This document shows, piece by piece, positions 1-9,034 of a DNA stretch of 64,000 nt. The number at the start of each line of letters is the position of its first letter. Position 1 is the stretch's first letter. The position numbers and the translations under genes are program-made. The notes beneath the pieces were generated by a model. The model worked only from the letters and a program-made list of their open reading frames with translations, ran no database searches and was not told the DNA's origin. Origin of the DNA: Brachybacterium sp. (GTDB lineage: Bacteria; Actinomycetota; Actinomycetes; Actinomycetales; Dermabacteraceae); the NCBI RefSeq assembly GCF_036379615.1, contig NZ_DASVGJ010000060.1:105310-169309 (forward strand), written 5' to 3'.

Positions 1-2
1 TC

Positions 3-326
<324 letters not shown>

Positions 327-356
327 TCCGCCGCCGGTCGACGTGCTGCGAGCTAG

Positions 357-465
357 CGAGCGGCAGGAGACCGGTACAGGGATTCCCGCCTCACGGCTGA
401 CTCCTGCCGCTCGTACCCGAGCGCATGACGGGCCCCGATCCTCTCCGGAGGGTCGGGGCCCGTCG
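357..465 (+). terminator. Double hairpin after groEL (also repeat copy 1)
   Basis: 13-bp stem 357-369/401-413, then 17-bp stem 427-443/448-464 (one G-U pair, loop TCCG); lies between convergent groEL and tetR. Confidence 0.8.
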
Positions 466-1104
466 TCATGTCCGGGGGATCGGGGGTCCGGCCGGCCGTT
501 CGTGACGCGCCTGCGCCGTCCAGCCCGCCGCGCGGTCCATGACCGTGCGGTGCAGGTCCTCGAAGGCGGCATCGGCGTGCTCCTCGTCCCCCGTCACGAG
601 CAGCTCGGCCATGAGGCCGCGGAGCGCGCTGAGCACCCAAGCGGACATCGCGGCGGCCTCGTCCGCCGGGCAGCCCGCGCGCGCGACCCCTGCCGCGAGA
701 GCCTGCGCGCGTTCGCCCATCGAGCGCGCGACGGCGGCCCGGACCGCGGTCTCGGAGTACATCGAGATGCCGGTGAGCTCGACGAAGAGCCGCACGTGCT
801 GCCGGCCGTGCGGGGTGCGGGCCCGCTCCCAGATGTCTCGCAGGGGATCGGGGCGATTGTCTGCCTCGAGGTCGGGCAGGCTCAGGGCGCGGGCGATCGC
901 CGCGTCGACGACCTCCGCCACGAGCGCCTCCCGATTCGAGAAGTGGTGCAGCAGCGTCGCATGGCTGATCCCCACCGATCGGGCGAGGGTGCGCAGGGAC
1001 AGCGATCCGACGCCGTGCTCGAGGACGTGTGCGGTCGCCGCGGCGACGATCTCGCCGCGACGGTGCTCGAAACGGCGACGTCGGCCGTCGATGTGATCGG
1101 TCAT
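466..1104 (-). CDS. TetR/AcrR-family transcriptional regulator
   Basis: MTDHIDGRRRRFEHRRGEIVAAATAHVLEHGVGSLSLRTLARSVGISHATLLHHFSNREAL is a TetR N-terminal HTH; ATG at 1104 within track ORF 466..2268. Confidence 0.9.
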   Translation of the reverse strand: MTDHIDGRRRRFEHRRGEIVAAATAHVLEHGVGSLSLRTLARSVGISHATLLHHFSNREALVAEVVDAAIARALSLPDLEADNRPDPLRDIWERARTPHGRQHVRLFVELTGISMYSETAVRAAVARSMGERAQALAAGVARAGCPADEAAAMSAWVLSALRGLMAELLVTGDEEHADAAFEDLHRTVMDRAAGWTAQARHERPAGPPIPRT

Positions 1105-1157
1105 GTCCCCCGTATACCACCGGATGCCGATCGCGGGACACCCCTGGCATCTGCCTA

Positions 1158-1169
1158 TACCGATCGGTA
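1158..1169. promoter_or_regulatory. Perfect 12-bp palindrome, candidate TetR operator
   Basis: TACCGATCGGTA in the divergent tetR/hydrolase intergenic region. Confidence 0.55.
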
Positions 1170-1245
1170 GAGTCACTTCTGGCGCGATGCAGCGCCCCCG
1201 GGACCGCCGGGCCATCCTCCCTCCACGAGCCACCGAGGAGACGTC

Positions 1246-2118
1246 ATGCACACACGCACCCGTCAGGTCAGCGCTCTGCTGGCAACCCTGATCGTCATGC
1301 TGGGAACCCTGTCGCTCACCCAGGCCTCGGCCCTGGCCGACAGCGGGCACCAACGGGGTCCCGATCCCACGCAGCAGAGCATCGAGGCCACGCGCGGCAG
1401 CTTCGACATCGACTCCACCAGGGTGTCCTCGCTGAGGGTCCGCGGCTTCGGCGGCGGCACCATCTATTACCCGACGTCCACGGCGGAGGGGACCTTCGGG
1501 GCGGTCGTCATCTCTCCGGGGTACACGGCGGGCCAGTCGAGCATCGCGTGGATGGGCCCCCGCTTCGCCTCCCAGGGCTTCGTGGTCTTCACGATCGACA
1601 CCAACTCCCGCTACGACCAGCCCTCCTCGCGAGGCGATCAGCTGCTGGCCGCCCTGGACTATCTCACCGACAGCAGCGCCGTCAGCGACCGCATCGACCC
1701 CCAGCGCCTGGCCGTGATCGGGCACTCCATGGGCGGGGGCGGGACCCTCGAGGCCGCGAAGGATCGGCCCGAGCTGAAGGCCGCCGTGGCGATGACCCCG
1801 TGGAACCTCGACAAGTCCTGGCCGGAGATCTCGACCCCCACCCTCGTGGTCGGCGCGCAGAACGACTCGGTCGCCTCCGTGCGCACCCACGCCGTGCCGC
1901 TGTACGAGGGGATCCCGGAATCGACCGACAAGGCCTACCTGGAGCTGCGTGGCGCCTCGCACCTGGCGCCGAACCGTTCGAACACGAGCATCGCGAGCAC
2001 CAGCATCGCCTGGCTCAAGCGATTCGTGGATGACGACGTCCGCTACGATCAGTTCGTCTGCCCCGGACCGCAGACGGGCCTCACCTGGAGCGATGCCAGG
2101 TCCACCTGCCCGTTCTGA
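1246..2118 (+). CDS. Secreted cutinase / PETase-like polyester hydrolase (alpha/beta hydrolase, Streptomyces lipase/Thermobifida cutinase family)
   Basis: Signal peptide; PGYT oxyanion loop; GHSMGGGG nucleophile; TPW; QNDS acid; ASHLAPN His; C-terminal CPGP...STCPF cysteine pair; RBS GAGGAG. Confidence 0.93.
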   Translation: MHTRTRQVSALLATLIVMLGTLSLTQASALADSGHQRGPDPTQQSIEATRGSFDIDSTRVSSLRVRGFGGGTIYYPTSTAEGTFGAVVISPGYTAGQSSIAWMGPRFASQGFVVFTIDTNSRYDQPSSRGDQLLAALDYLTDSSAVSDRIDPQRLAVIGHSMGGGGTLEAAKDRPELKAAVAMTPWNLDKSWPEISTPTLVVGAQNDSVASVRTHAVPLYEGIPESTDKAYLELRGASHLAPNRSNTSIASTSIAWLKRFVDDDVRYDQFVCPGPQTGLTWSDARSTCPF

Positions 2119-2144
2119 CCCCGCGTCAGCCGGCGGTGACGCGC

Positions 2145-2239
2145 GCGGCAGGAGGTGATCCCGCCTCAGGGATGACTCCTGCCGCTCGCCCCGAGCGTTC
2201 GACGGGCCCCGATCCTCTCCGGAGGGTCGGGGCCCGTCG
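2145..2239 (+). repeat. Direct-repeat copy 2 of the post-groEL double hairpin; probable terminator of the hydrolase gene
   Basis: 2201-2239 is identical to 427-465 (39 bp); the upstream GCGGCAGGAG...CTCCTGCCGC stem is also conserved. Confidence 0.85.
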
Positions 2240-2266
2240 CTGTGCTCGACCGGGCACGATGTGTTC

Positions 2267-2725
2267 ATGACCTATGAGCTCCAGGAATCGATCATCGTCC
2301 CCGCCACCACGCAGGAGGTCCACGCGCTGGTCAGCGACGTCACCCGCACGGGGGAGTGGAGTCCGCAGTGCCACCGCTGCGAGTGGGAGGACGAGCGGCG
2401 CGGGAAGGGCGCCCGCTTCGTCGGGCACAACCGCACCCCGCAGCGGGAGTGGGAGACGGTCTCCGAGGTGATCGCGGACGTCCCCGGTGAGCACTTCGCG
2501 TGGTCCGTCGGCCCGGGCCGCGCCGAGTGGGGGTACCGGATGCGTCCGGTCGACGGCGGCACCGAGCTCACCGAGTACACGCGCACCACGCCGTCCTTCG
2601 AGGCGGTCTTCGCCGAGCGGTACGGAGATCGCGCGGAGGAGGAGATCCAGGTGCGCCACGAGGCCGCGCGCACCGGGATCCCCGCCACGCTCGAGGCGAT
2701 CCGGGGCGTGCTCGCGAACGGCTGA
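2267..2725 (+). CDS. SRPBCC (START/polyketide cyclase-like) family protein
   Basis: IIVPATTQEVHALVSDVTRTGEWSPQC...GARFVGHN...FAW...WGY pattern typical of actinobacterial SRPBCC proteins. Confidence 0.85.
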   Translation: MTYELQESIIVPATTQEVHALVSDVTRTGEWSPQCHRCEWEDERRGKGARFVGHNRTPQREWETVSEVIADVPGEHFAWSVGPGRAEWGYRMRPVDGGTELTEYTRTTPSFEAVFAERYGDRAEEEIQVRHEAARTGIPATLEAIRGVLANG

Positions 2726-2993
2726 GTGGCCGCACCCACCCGAGGCCGCCGAGCAGCCGACGACGCCCGTCCACCATGGCTGGACATCTGGATCTACGTA
2801 TTCCGTGAGGGGAGACGGAAGTGGAATGTGGGGCCGCCCTGGGGCGGCGTCGTCGGCGAGGCTTGCGCGTCGACGCGCAGGGAAATCGGCAGTCATTGCA
2901 AAGAGTCGGCTGTCACCTGCGGCGATGGTCGAGAACTGCAGAGGGCGCCCAGGGTTCGACGGTGCTCAAGGATAGTTTCCAGGGCGTCCGGCA

Positions 2994-3022
2994 TTGAGTC
3001 GGAAGGTGACCTGGGTTAGTGT
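2994..3022 (+). promoter_or_regulatory. Sigma-A-type promoter of the hisD-like 1 operon
   Basis: TTGAGT (2994-2999), 17 bp, TAGTGT (3017-3022); an ATG follows at 3029, suggesting a leaderless start. Confidence 0.5.
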
Positions 3023-3033
3023 ATGCGTATGCA
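3020..3033. promoter_or_regulatory. LacI-type operator, site 1
   Basis: TGTATGCGTATGCA matches palindromic consensus TGYATRCGYATRCA fully; overlaps the -10 and start. Confidence 0.7.
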
Positions 3034-4351
3034 CATGAGTTCACTGGACAAAGAGCTGCTCGGAGCGCGCGTCCGCGTCGTCAAGGAATCCGGCGTCCCG
3101 GATCGTTCGGCGCAGTCGGATCCCGAGGTGGAGGCGACCGTCTCCCGGATGCTCTCCGAGATCGAGGCCGAGGGCATGGATGCCGTGCGCCGCTACGCGC
3201 GCGAGCTCGACGGCGACCGCTCCGACAGCTTCCTGATCAGCTCCCCGCAGCTCGAAGCGGCGGGCGAGGAGCTCCCCGAGAGCCTCCGCGAGGCCCTCCG
3301 TGCGGGGGCCGAGCGCACCGGACGGTTCGCGACGTTGCAGCGTGAGCGGCTGCTCGACTTCGAAGAGGAGGTCGTCCCCGGGGTGGTCTGCGGTCAGCGG
3401 CACATCCCGGTCCAGAGCGTGGGCGCGTACCTGCCAGCGGGCCGTTTCCCACTGCTGGCCAGTGCCTTCATGACTGTCGGCGTGGCGGGCGTCGCCGGGG
3501 TGCCGAACCTCGTGGCCTGCACGCCGCCGAGCCGGGACGGCGTTGCGCACCCCGCGGTGCTCTACGCCGCGCACCTCTCCGGGGCCGAGCAGGTCTACGC
3601 GCTCGGAGGGGTCCAGGCGCTCGCCTCGATGGCCTTCGGTCTGCTCGACGCACCGCCGTCGGACCTGATCGTCGGCGCCGGCAACGCCTATGTCGCCGCC
3701 GCGAAGCGGCAGTTGTTCGGCCAGGTCGGGATCGACGTGCTCGCCGGTCCCTCCGAGGTGGCGGTCATCGCCGACGACTCCGCCCCCACCGAGATGGTCG
3801 CCGCCGATCTCCTCGGACAGGCCGAGCACGGACCGACCTCGCCCGCGTGTCTGGTGACCACCTCGGAGCGGATCGCCGCGGAGATCGAGGAGGAGATCGC
3901 ACGCCAGCTGGAGGGGCTCGACACCGCGAGCATCGCCGGTGCCGCCTGGCGGGACTTCGGCTCCGTTTACCTCGCCGAGGACCGGCGTGCCGCCGTCGAC
4001 ATCATGAACCTGCTCGCTCCGGAGCACCTCGAGGTGCTCGCCGAGGACCTCGACTGGTATCTGGAGAACCTCACGAGCTACGGCTCCCTCTTCCTCGGGC
4101 CCTGGTCCACGGTCGCCTATGCGGACAAGGGGATGTCCGGGACCAATCACGTCCTGCCCACCGGCCGCAACGCGCGCTTCACCGGCGGGCTGTCCGTGGC
4201 GGGCTTCATGAAGTGCGTGACCTACCAGCGCGCGACGAAGGAGGCCACGGCGACACAGGCCGAGCCCGTCGTGACCATCTCGGAGTTCGAGGGGATGCCC
4301 GCGCACCGGGACTCCGCCGCGCTCCGCCTCCGCATGCTCCGCTCCGGCTGA
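3029..4351 (+). CDS. Histidinol-dehydrogenase-family NAD-dependent dehydrogenase 1 (HpsN-like, probably non-biosynthetic)
   Basis: GAYLPAG, GAGNAYV, AGPSE, DLLGQAEHG, PEHL, ADKGMSGTNHVLPT motifs; start could be 3023, 3029 or 3035. Confidence 0.9.
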   Translation: MHMSSLDKELLGARVRVVKESGVPDRSAQSDPEVEATVSRMLSEIEAEGMDAVRRYARELDGDRSDSFLISSPQLEAAGEELPESLREALRAGAERTGRFATLQRERLLDFEEEVVPGVVCGQRHIPVQSVGAYLPAGRFPLLASAFMTVGVAGVAGVPNLVACTPPSRDGVAHPAVLYAAHLSGAEQVYALGGVQALASMAFGLLDAPPSDLIVGAGNAYVAAAKRQLFGQVGIDVLAGPSEVAVIADDSAPTEMVAADLLGQAEHGPTSPACLVTTSERIAAEIEEEIARQLEGLDTASIAGAAWRDFGSVYLAEDRRAAVDIMNLLAPEHLEVLAEDLDWYLENLTSYGSLFLGPWSTVAYADKGMSGTNHVLPTGRNARFTGGLSVAGFMKCVTYQRATKEATATQAEPVVTISEFEGMPAHRDSAALRLRMLRSG

Positions 4352-4421
4352 CCGCCGGGCACTCGATGTTCCGGGCCGCACCCGCGGTTCGCCGTCTCAC
4401 AACGCAGTGAAGGACAGCGAC

Positions 4422-5756
4422 ATGACAGTGCACTCCATCCTCCCCTCCGCCACCCGCCGCGCCGCTCTGGCGGGGCTAGGCCTGGCAGGGCTCGCGGGCC
4501 TCACGGCCTGCGGGGCCGGCTCCCGCAACCCTGCCGAGCAGGCGGCGAAGGTCGCCTGCGAGGTGCCGCAGCCGGACTCGGCCGTCACCATCAACGTGCT
4601 CGCCTACAACTCCTCGTCGATCGACCCGTTCACCAATACGCTGGTAAACAGTTGCACGTCGGGGAACATCACGCTTCGGCACGAGCCGATCGACTTCGCG
4701 GGACAAGTGCAGCGCACCCAGGCGACGCTCGCGGGCGAGACAGGCACGTACGACATCATTGAGACGTACAGCTTCGTGATCCCCCAGTTCGGGGACGAGG
4801 GCACTGTCGTCGGCCTGAACCAGTACCTGGAGGAGTTCGGCGAGGCGTACGGTCTCGACGCGCTGAGCGACGCGATGCTCGAGGCGATGACCTACGACGG
4901 CGAGCTCTACGCCCTGCCGATGCAGGCGCAGATGCACCTCATGGCGTACCGCCAGGACATCTTCGATGAGCTGGGCCTCGAGGCGCCCGCCACCTTCGAG
5001 GAGCTGAGAGCGGCGGCAAAGGCGATCCAGGAGGCGGGGGAGATCGAGCACCCGATCGCCATGCCGCTCAAGGCCGATGCCGATCTCGCCACCGCCTACG
5101 ACATGGCGCTGGGCAGCCTTGGGGTGGATATGACCGACGCGGAGGGGACGACGGGGAACTTCGACGCCCCCGAGGCCGCGCAGGCCTTCGAGGAGCTGAT
5201 GTCGCTCATCCCCTACATGGATCCGGAGGTCACGACCTTCGACCAGCCGTCCGTTCAGCAGCAGATGTACAACGGCACAGCCGCCATCGCGATCATGTTC
5301 TCGGGGCGCATGAACGACCTCACCATGGAGTCGAACACCGAGCTCGCTCCGCAGTTCGCGTTTGCCCCGCCGCCCACCGTCGTCGAGGGCGGGCACTACT
5401 TCGCCTCGCTCTCCGTGGACGGCTGGTCGATCCCGACCAACGCGTCGACTGACAAGGCCTCGCTGTTCCAGATGATCGCCTCATCGCTGAGCGAGGAGGC
5501 GTCCCGGGAGGCCGTTCCGGCCGCGTACCCCGCCCGCGAGGGCATGGTCGACGAGGACTCGAGTCCGTACGCCGTCGCCGCGAACACGACGATCGAGGAC
5601 GTCCCGCCCTCGGAGCCGTACCCCTGGACGGCAGAGCTCACGAACGCGATCACGCCGCTCATCGCGAGCGTCTTCCTCGAGCAGGTCTCCGTCGAGGACG
5701 GCCTGTCCCAGATGCAGACCACGAGCGCGGACCTGCTGGCCGCGTACTCGGGCTGA
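4422..5756 (+). CDS. Carbohydrate (CUT1) ABC transporter substrate-binding lipoprotein, Tat-type signal
   Basis: TRRAAL twin-Arg, lipobox LTAC, YALPMQAQMHLMAYRQDIF and APATFEEL motifs. Confidence 0.9.
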   Translation: MTVHSILPSATRRAALAGLGLAGLAGLTACGAGSRNPAEQAAKVACEVPQPDSAVTINVLAYNSSSIDPFTNTLVNSCTSGNITLRHEPIDFAGQVQRTQATLAGETGTYDIIETYSFVIPQFGDEGTVVGLNQYLEEFGEAYGLDALSDAMLEAMTYDGELYALPMQAQMHLMAYRQDIFDELGLEAPATFEELRAAAKAIQEAGEIEHPIAMPLKADADLATAYDMALGSLGVDMTDAEGTTGNFDAPEAAQAFEELMSLIPYMDPEVTTFDQPSVQQQMYNGTAAIAIMFSGRMNDLTMESNTELAPQFAFAPPPTVVEGGHYFASLSVDGWSIPTNASTDKASLFQMIASSLSEEASREAVPAAYPAREGMVDEDSSPYAVAANTTIEDVPPSEPYPWTAELTNAITPLIASVFLEQVSVEDGLSQMQTTSADLLAAYSG

Positions 5757-5792
5757 GCGCCGGAGCGCGACGATGGCGAAGGAAGGTGACGC

Positions 5793-6662
5793 ATGAGGCG
5801 TCGGGAGTACGCAGTGCTCGTCGCACCCAGCATGATCGTAATGTTCGGCCTCCTGGCCCTCCCGCTGCTGCGCACGCTCCAATGGAGCTTCCAGCGCGTG
5901 GACTACGGGCAGCCGGGCACCTGGGTCGGGCTGACGAACTACACCTCCGCGCTGGGGGATCCCCGGTTCCTCCGGGCGATCGGTTTCACGATCGGGCTCA
6001 CGGCGGCCACGTTCGTGGTGGTGGTGCTGATCGCATACGTGCTGGCGGTGCTGGTGAATCAGCTCGGTCGGATCCGTCCGCTGGTGCTGGGAACGCTGCT
6101 GGTGAGCTACGTGGTCCCCCAGGTGATCGGGGCGACGATGTTCGGATGGCTGTTCAACCCCAGCTTCGGCGGGGTCGCGAACCATCTGCTCACGCTGGTG
6201 ACCGGCGAGGACGTCCTATGGCTCACCGAGGCCTGGCCCAACCGTCTGCTGCTGCTCCTGTCCGTGGCCTGGGGCCTGATCCCTTTCGCGATGCTCGTCA
6301 TACTCGCAGGTCTGCAAGGAGTCCCAGAGGAGATGCTCGAGGCCGCGGAGCTCGACGGCGTCTCCACCCTCCAGCTCCATCTGAAAGTCATCGTCCCGAC
6401 CATCCGGGGCGTGCTCGGCTTCGTCTCGCTGATCCTGATCATGGATGTGCTGCGAGTCTTCGATCAGCTCATTCCCCTGTCCCCGCAGGCGGTCCAGATC
6501 GGGAACGAGTCCGCGATGCTTTACATCTACAACATCGCCTTCCGCGACGGCGGCCAGCAGCTGGGGCTGGGCAGCGCCGTCAACATCCTCCTGATCGTCG
6601 TCATCTTCATCCTCCTGCTCCCGTTCCTGCGCGGAACGGCGAAGGAAGGGGCCCGCGCATGA
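5793..6662 (+). CDS. Sugar ABC transporter permease (MalF-like)
   Basis: Multiple TM segments; EAA loop LQGVPEEMLEAAELDG. Confidence 0.93.
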   Translation: MRRREYAVLVAPSMIVMFGLLALPLLRTLQWSFQRVDYGQPGTWVGLTNYTSALGDPRFLRAIGFTIGLTAATFVVVVLIAYVLAVLVNQLGRIRPLVLGTLLVSYVVPQVIGATMFGWLFNPSFGGVANHLLTLVTGEDVLWLTEAWPNRLLLLLSVAWGLIPFAMLVILAGLQGVPEEMLEAAELDGVSTLQLHLKVIVPTIRGVLGFVSLILIMDVLRVFDQLIPLSPQAVQIGNESAMLYIYNIAFRDGGQQLGLGSAVNILLIVVIFILLLPFLRGTAKEGARA

Positions 6663-7543
6663 GCTCGACCCGTCCCGCGAGGCAGAGGAACGCGGCCTCA
6701 GGGCGCCGACGGCGCGCAGGCGGCGCAGGAGGAGTGAAGCGCCTGCTGATCGGCATGTTCCTGCTGCTGTTCTGCCTGATGATGCTGTCCCCGGTGCTGT
6801 GGACGCTGGCGTCGGTCACCAAGCCGACCAACGTCGCCTTCCTGAACCCACCCGTCTTCACCTGGATTCCCACCCTGCAGGCGTTCGTCGACCTGTGGCA
6901 GACGACGAACTTCTACCTCGACCTCCTCAACACCGTCATCGTGGCGGTCGCCTCGACGATCGCCGCGCTGGTGCTCGGGATCCCGGCGGCGTACGCGCTC
7001 TCGCGCTTCCCCGGCTGGATCTCCGCCCTGCTCCTGGTGGTCGCCCTGATCTTCCGCGCGCTGCCGCGGTTCTCGATCCTGCTGCCGATGTATGACCTCG
7101 CACAGCAGCTGGGCATCTACGACACCCGCTTCGCGGTGGGGGCGGCGCTGGTCGCGATCAACCAGCCGTTCTCCATCTGGCTGCTGCGCAACTTCTTCGC
7201 CGAGATCCCGAGCTCCCTCGACGAGGCGGCGATGATCGACGGATGCAGTCGCTTCCAGACCCTGCTGCGCGTGATGATCCCGCTCATGGGGCCGGGGATC
7301 CTCACCGCCGGGATCTTTATGTTCCTGTTCGCGTTCCAGGAGTACCTCACGGCCGTCATCCTCAGCAACGTCGACGCCCGGACCGTCCCGGTGTTCATCG
7401 CGACTCAGCTGGGCCAGACTCTGCCCATGCTCCAGCAGGCGGGGGCGGCGTCGGTGCTGCTCACGCTGCCCGTGATCGCCTTCGCACTGATCGCGCAGAA
7501 GTACATGGTCGCCGGCCTCAACGCCGGATCGGTGAAGGGATGA
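6659..7543 (+). CDS. Sugar ABC transporter permease (MalG-like)
   Basis: ATG 6659 overlaps the previous stop (ATGA); EAA loop FFAEIPSSLDEAAMIDG. Confidence 0.93.
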   Translation: MSSTRPARQRNAASGRRRRAGGAGGVKRLLIGMFLLLFCLMMLSPVLWTLASVTKPTNVAFLNPPVFTWIPTLQAFVDLWQTTNFYLDLLNTVIVAVASTIAALVLGIPAAYALSRFPGWISALLLVVALIFRALPRFSILLPMYDLAQQLGIYDTRFAVGAALVAINQPFSIWLLRNFFAEIPSSLDEAAMIDGCSRFQTLLRVMIPLMGPGILTAGIFMFLFAFQEYLTAVILSNVDARTVPVFIATQLGQTLPMLQQAGAASVLLTLPVIAFALIAQKYMVAGLNAGSVKG

Positions 7544-7568
7544 GGCGTCAGCGGGGGAGGAGCCGACG

Positions 7569-8261
7569 GTGACCGCGGAGATCCCCGTCGTCCTCCTGCC
7601 GGGGATGAACTGCACCCCACGGCTCTGGGCGCCCGTCCTGCCCGCGCTGCGGGGGCGCACCGTCCACCACGGCGAGCTCCTCGGTGCCTCGCTCGAGCAG
7701 TGCGTGGAGAACCTGCTGGCCGTGCTCCCGGAGCGCTTCGCCCTGGCGGGGCTGAGCCTCGGAGGGATCGTCGCCATGGCGCTGCTGCGCACGGCGCCGG
7801 AGCGCGTCGACAGGCTCTGCCTGCTGGACACGAACGCTCGCGCGCCCGAACCCGTGCAGCTCGCGGCCTTCGCGCGTCAGCGCCGGAGGCTGGCGACCGG
7901 CGCCAGCGCTCAGGAGGTGCAGAGGGAGCTGCTGGACGTGCTCGTCCATCCTCGGCATCTGTCCCGGCTCGGGCGCGAGGTGGTCCGGATGGGGGAGGAG
8001 ACCGGCGTCGACAGCCTCGCCCAGCAGTACGCGATCCAGGGCACGCGCCGGGACGAGCGCGATCATCTGCCCGGCATCGGGGTTCCGGTCTCCGTCGTTG
8101 CGGGCCGGGACGATGCGCTCTGTCCGCCGGAGCGGCACGAGGAGATCACGGCCCTGGTGCCCGACGCCACCCTCCGGCTCATCCCGCGCACCGGGCACCT
8201 GTCCCCCCTGGAGAGCCCGACCGAGGTCGCGAAGTCGCTGGTGGCCTGGTTGGAGCGCTGA
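7569..8261 (+). CDS. Alpha/beta-fold hydrolase
   Basis: LLPGMNC, GLSLGG nucleophile elbow, GRDD, GHLSPLE; RBS GGGGAGG. Confidence 0.9.
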   Translation: MTAEIPVVLLPGMNCTPRLWAPVLPALRGRTVHHGELLGASLEQCVENLLAVLPERFALAGLSLGGIVAMALLRTAPERVDRLCLLDTNARAPEPVQLAAFARQRRRLATGASAQEVQRELLDVLVHPRHLSRLGREVVRMGEETGVDSLAQQYAIQGTRRDERDHLPGIGVPVSVVAGRDDALCPPERHEEITALVPDATLRLIPRTGHLSPLESPTEVAKSLVAWLER

Positions 8262-8296
8262 GAGCACCCCTCCGGGCGGCGCTGCCCGCCCTGTTC

Positions 8297-9034
8297 TCAG
8301 CGATCTGACCTGGCCAGTCGGGAGAAGCTCGCCATCATGTGTGCTGCGAGGTTGTGGACGATCAGGCGGCAGCCCTGGGCAGAGGCAGCGTCAGCGCCGC
8401 CGAGGGTGGAGACGATGTCGGTCCGGACCGCGCCGGCCTCCCGACCGGCCCGATGCACCGCGTCCGTCAGCTGCGCGAGCGTACGGGTCTCCGCCTCGTC
8501 GTGGGCCAGGGCGAAGGCGAGGTCCCCGGGCCCGATCATGTACCCGTCGACCCCGGGGGTGGCGAGGATCGCCGGAGCGGCGTCCACGGCGGCGGGGGAC
8601 TCGAGCATCACCAGCAGGAGATGGTCCTCGGCGGCGGCGGCGTGCTCCTCGGCCGAACGGGTGCCGAACCGCCCGGCGCGCGTGTAGGTGGCGATGCCCC
8701 TCTCGCCCTGCGGGGGATAACGGGCCCAGCGCACCGCCTCCGCCGCGCCGGCCGGGTCGTCGATGTGCGGGACCACCGCACCGGCGGCGCCGAGGTCGAG
8801 AGCGCGCTGGATGACGTGGGGGTCGCGCTCACCGGGCCGGACCAGCACCGGCAGGCCGTGCACCTGTGCCAGGGCGAGGTGGTGCTTGAGCGCCGTGGCG
8901 TCGTGCGGGCCGTGCTCGAGGTCCAGCACCAGGAAGTCCAGGCCGGCCACCGCGAGCATCTCCACGGTGTCCTCCGCGGGCATCCTCAGCAGTGCTCCGT
9001 GCAGCGAGGAGGAGATGCTCACCAGCTCCCTCAT
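8297..9034 (-). CDS. HpcH/HpaI-family aldolase
   Basis: DFLVLDLEHG, ALDLGAAGAVVPHI, RYPPQGERG, MLES, IGPGDL; ATG at 9034 coupled to the SDR stop. Confidence 0.9.
   Translation of the reverse strand: MRELVSISSSLHGALLRMPAEDTVEMLAVAGLDFLVLDLEHGPHDATALKHHLALAQVHGLPVLVRPGERDPHVIQRALDLGAAGAVVPHIDDPAGAAEAVRWARYPPQGERGIATYTRAGRFGTRSAEEHAAAAEDHLLLVMLESPAAVDAAPAILATPGVDGYMIGPGDLAFALAHDEAETRTLAQLTDAVHRAGREAGAVRTDIVSTLGGADAASAQGCRLIVHNLAAHMMASFSRLARSDR

Noticed and set aside
4422-7543. Missing ATPase as evidence the ABC system is broken
   Set aside because: Actinobacterial sugar ABC importers commonly share an MsiK-type ATPase encoded elsewhere
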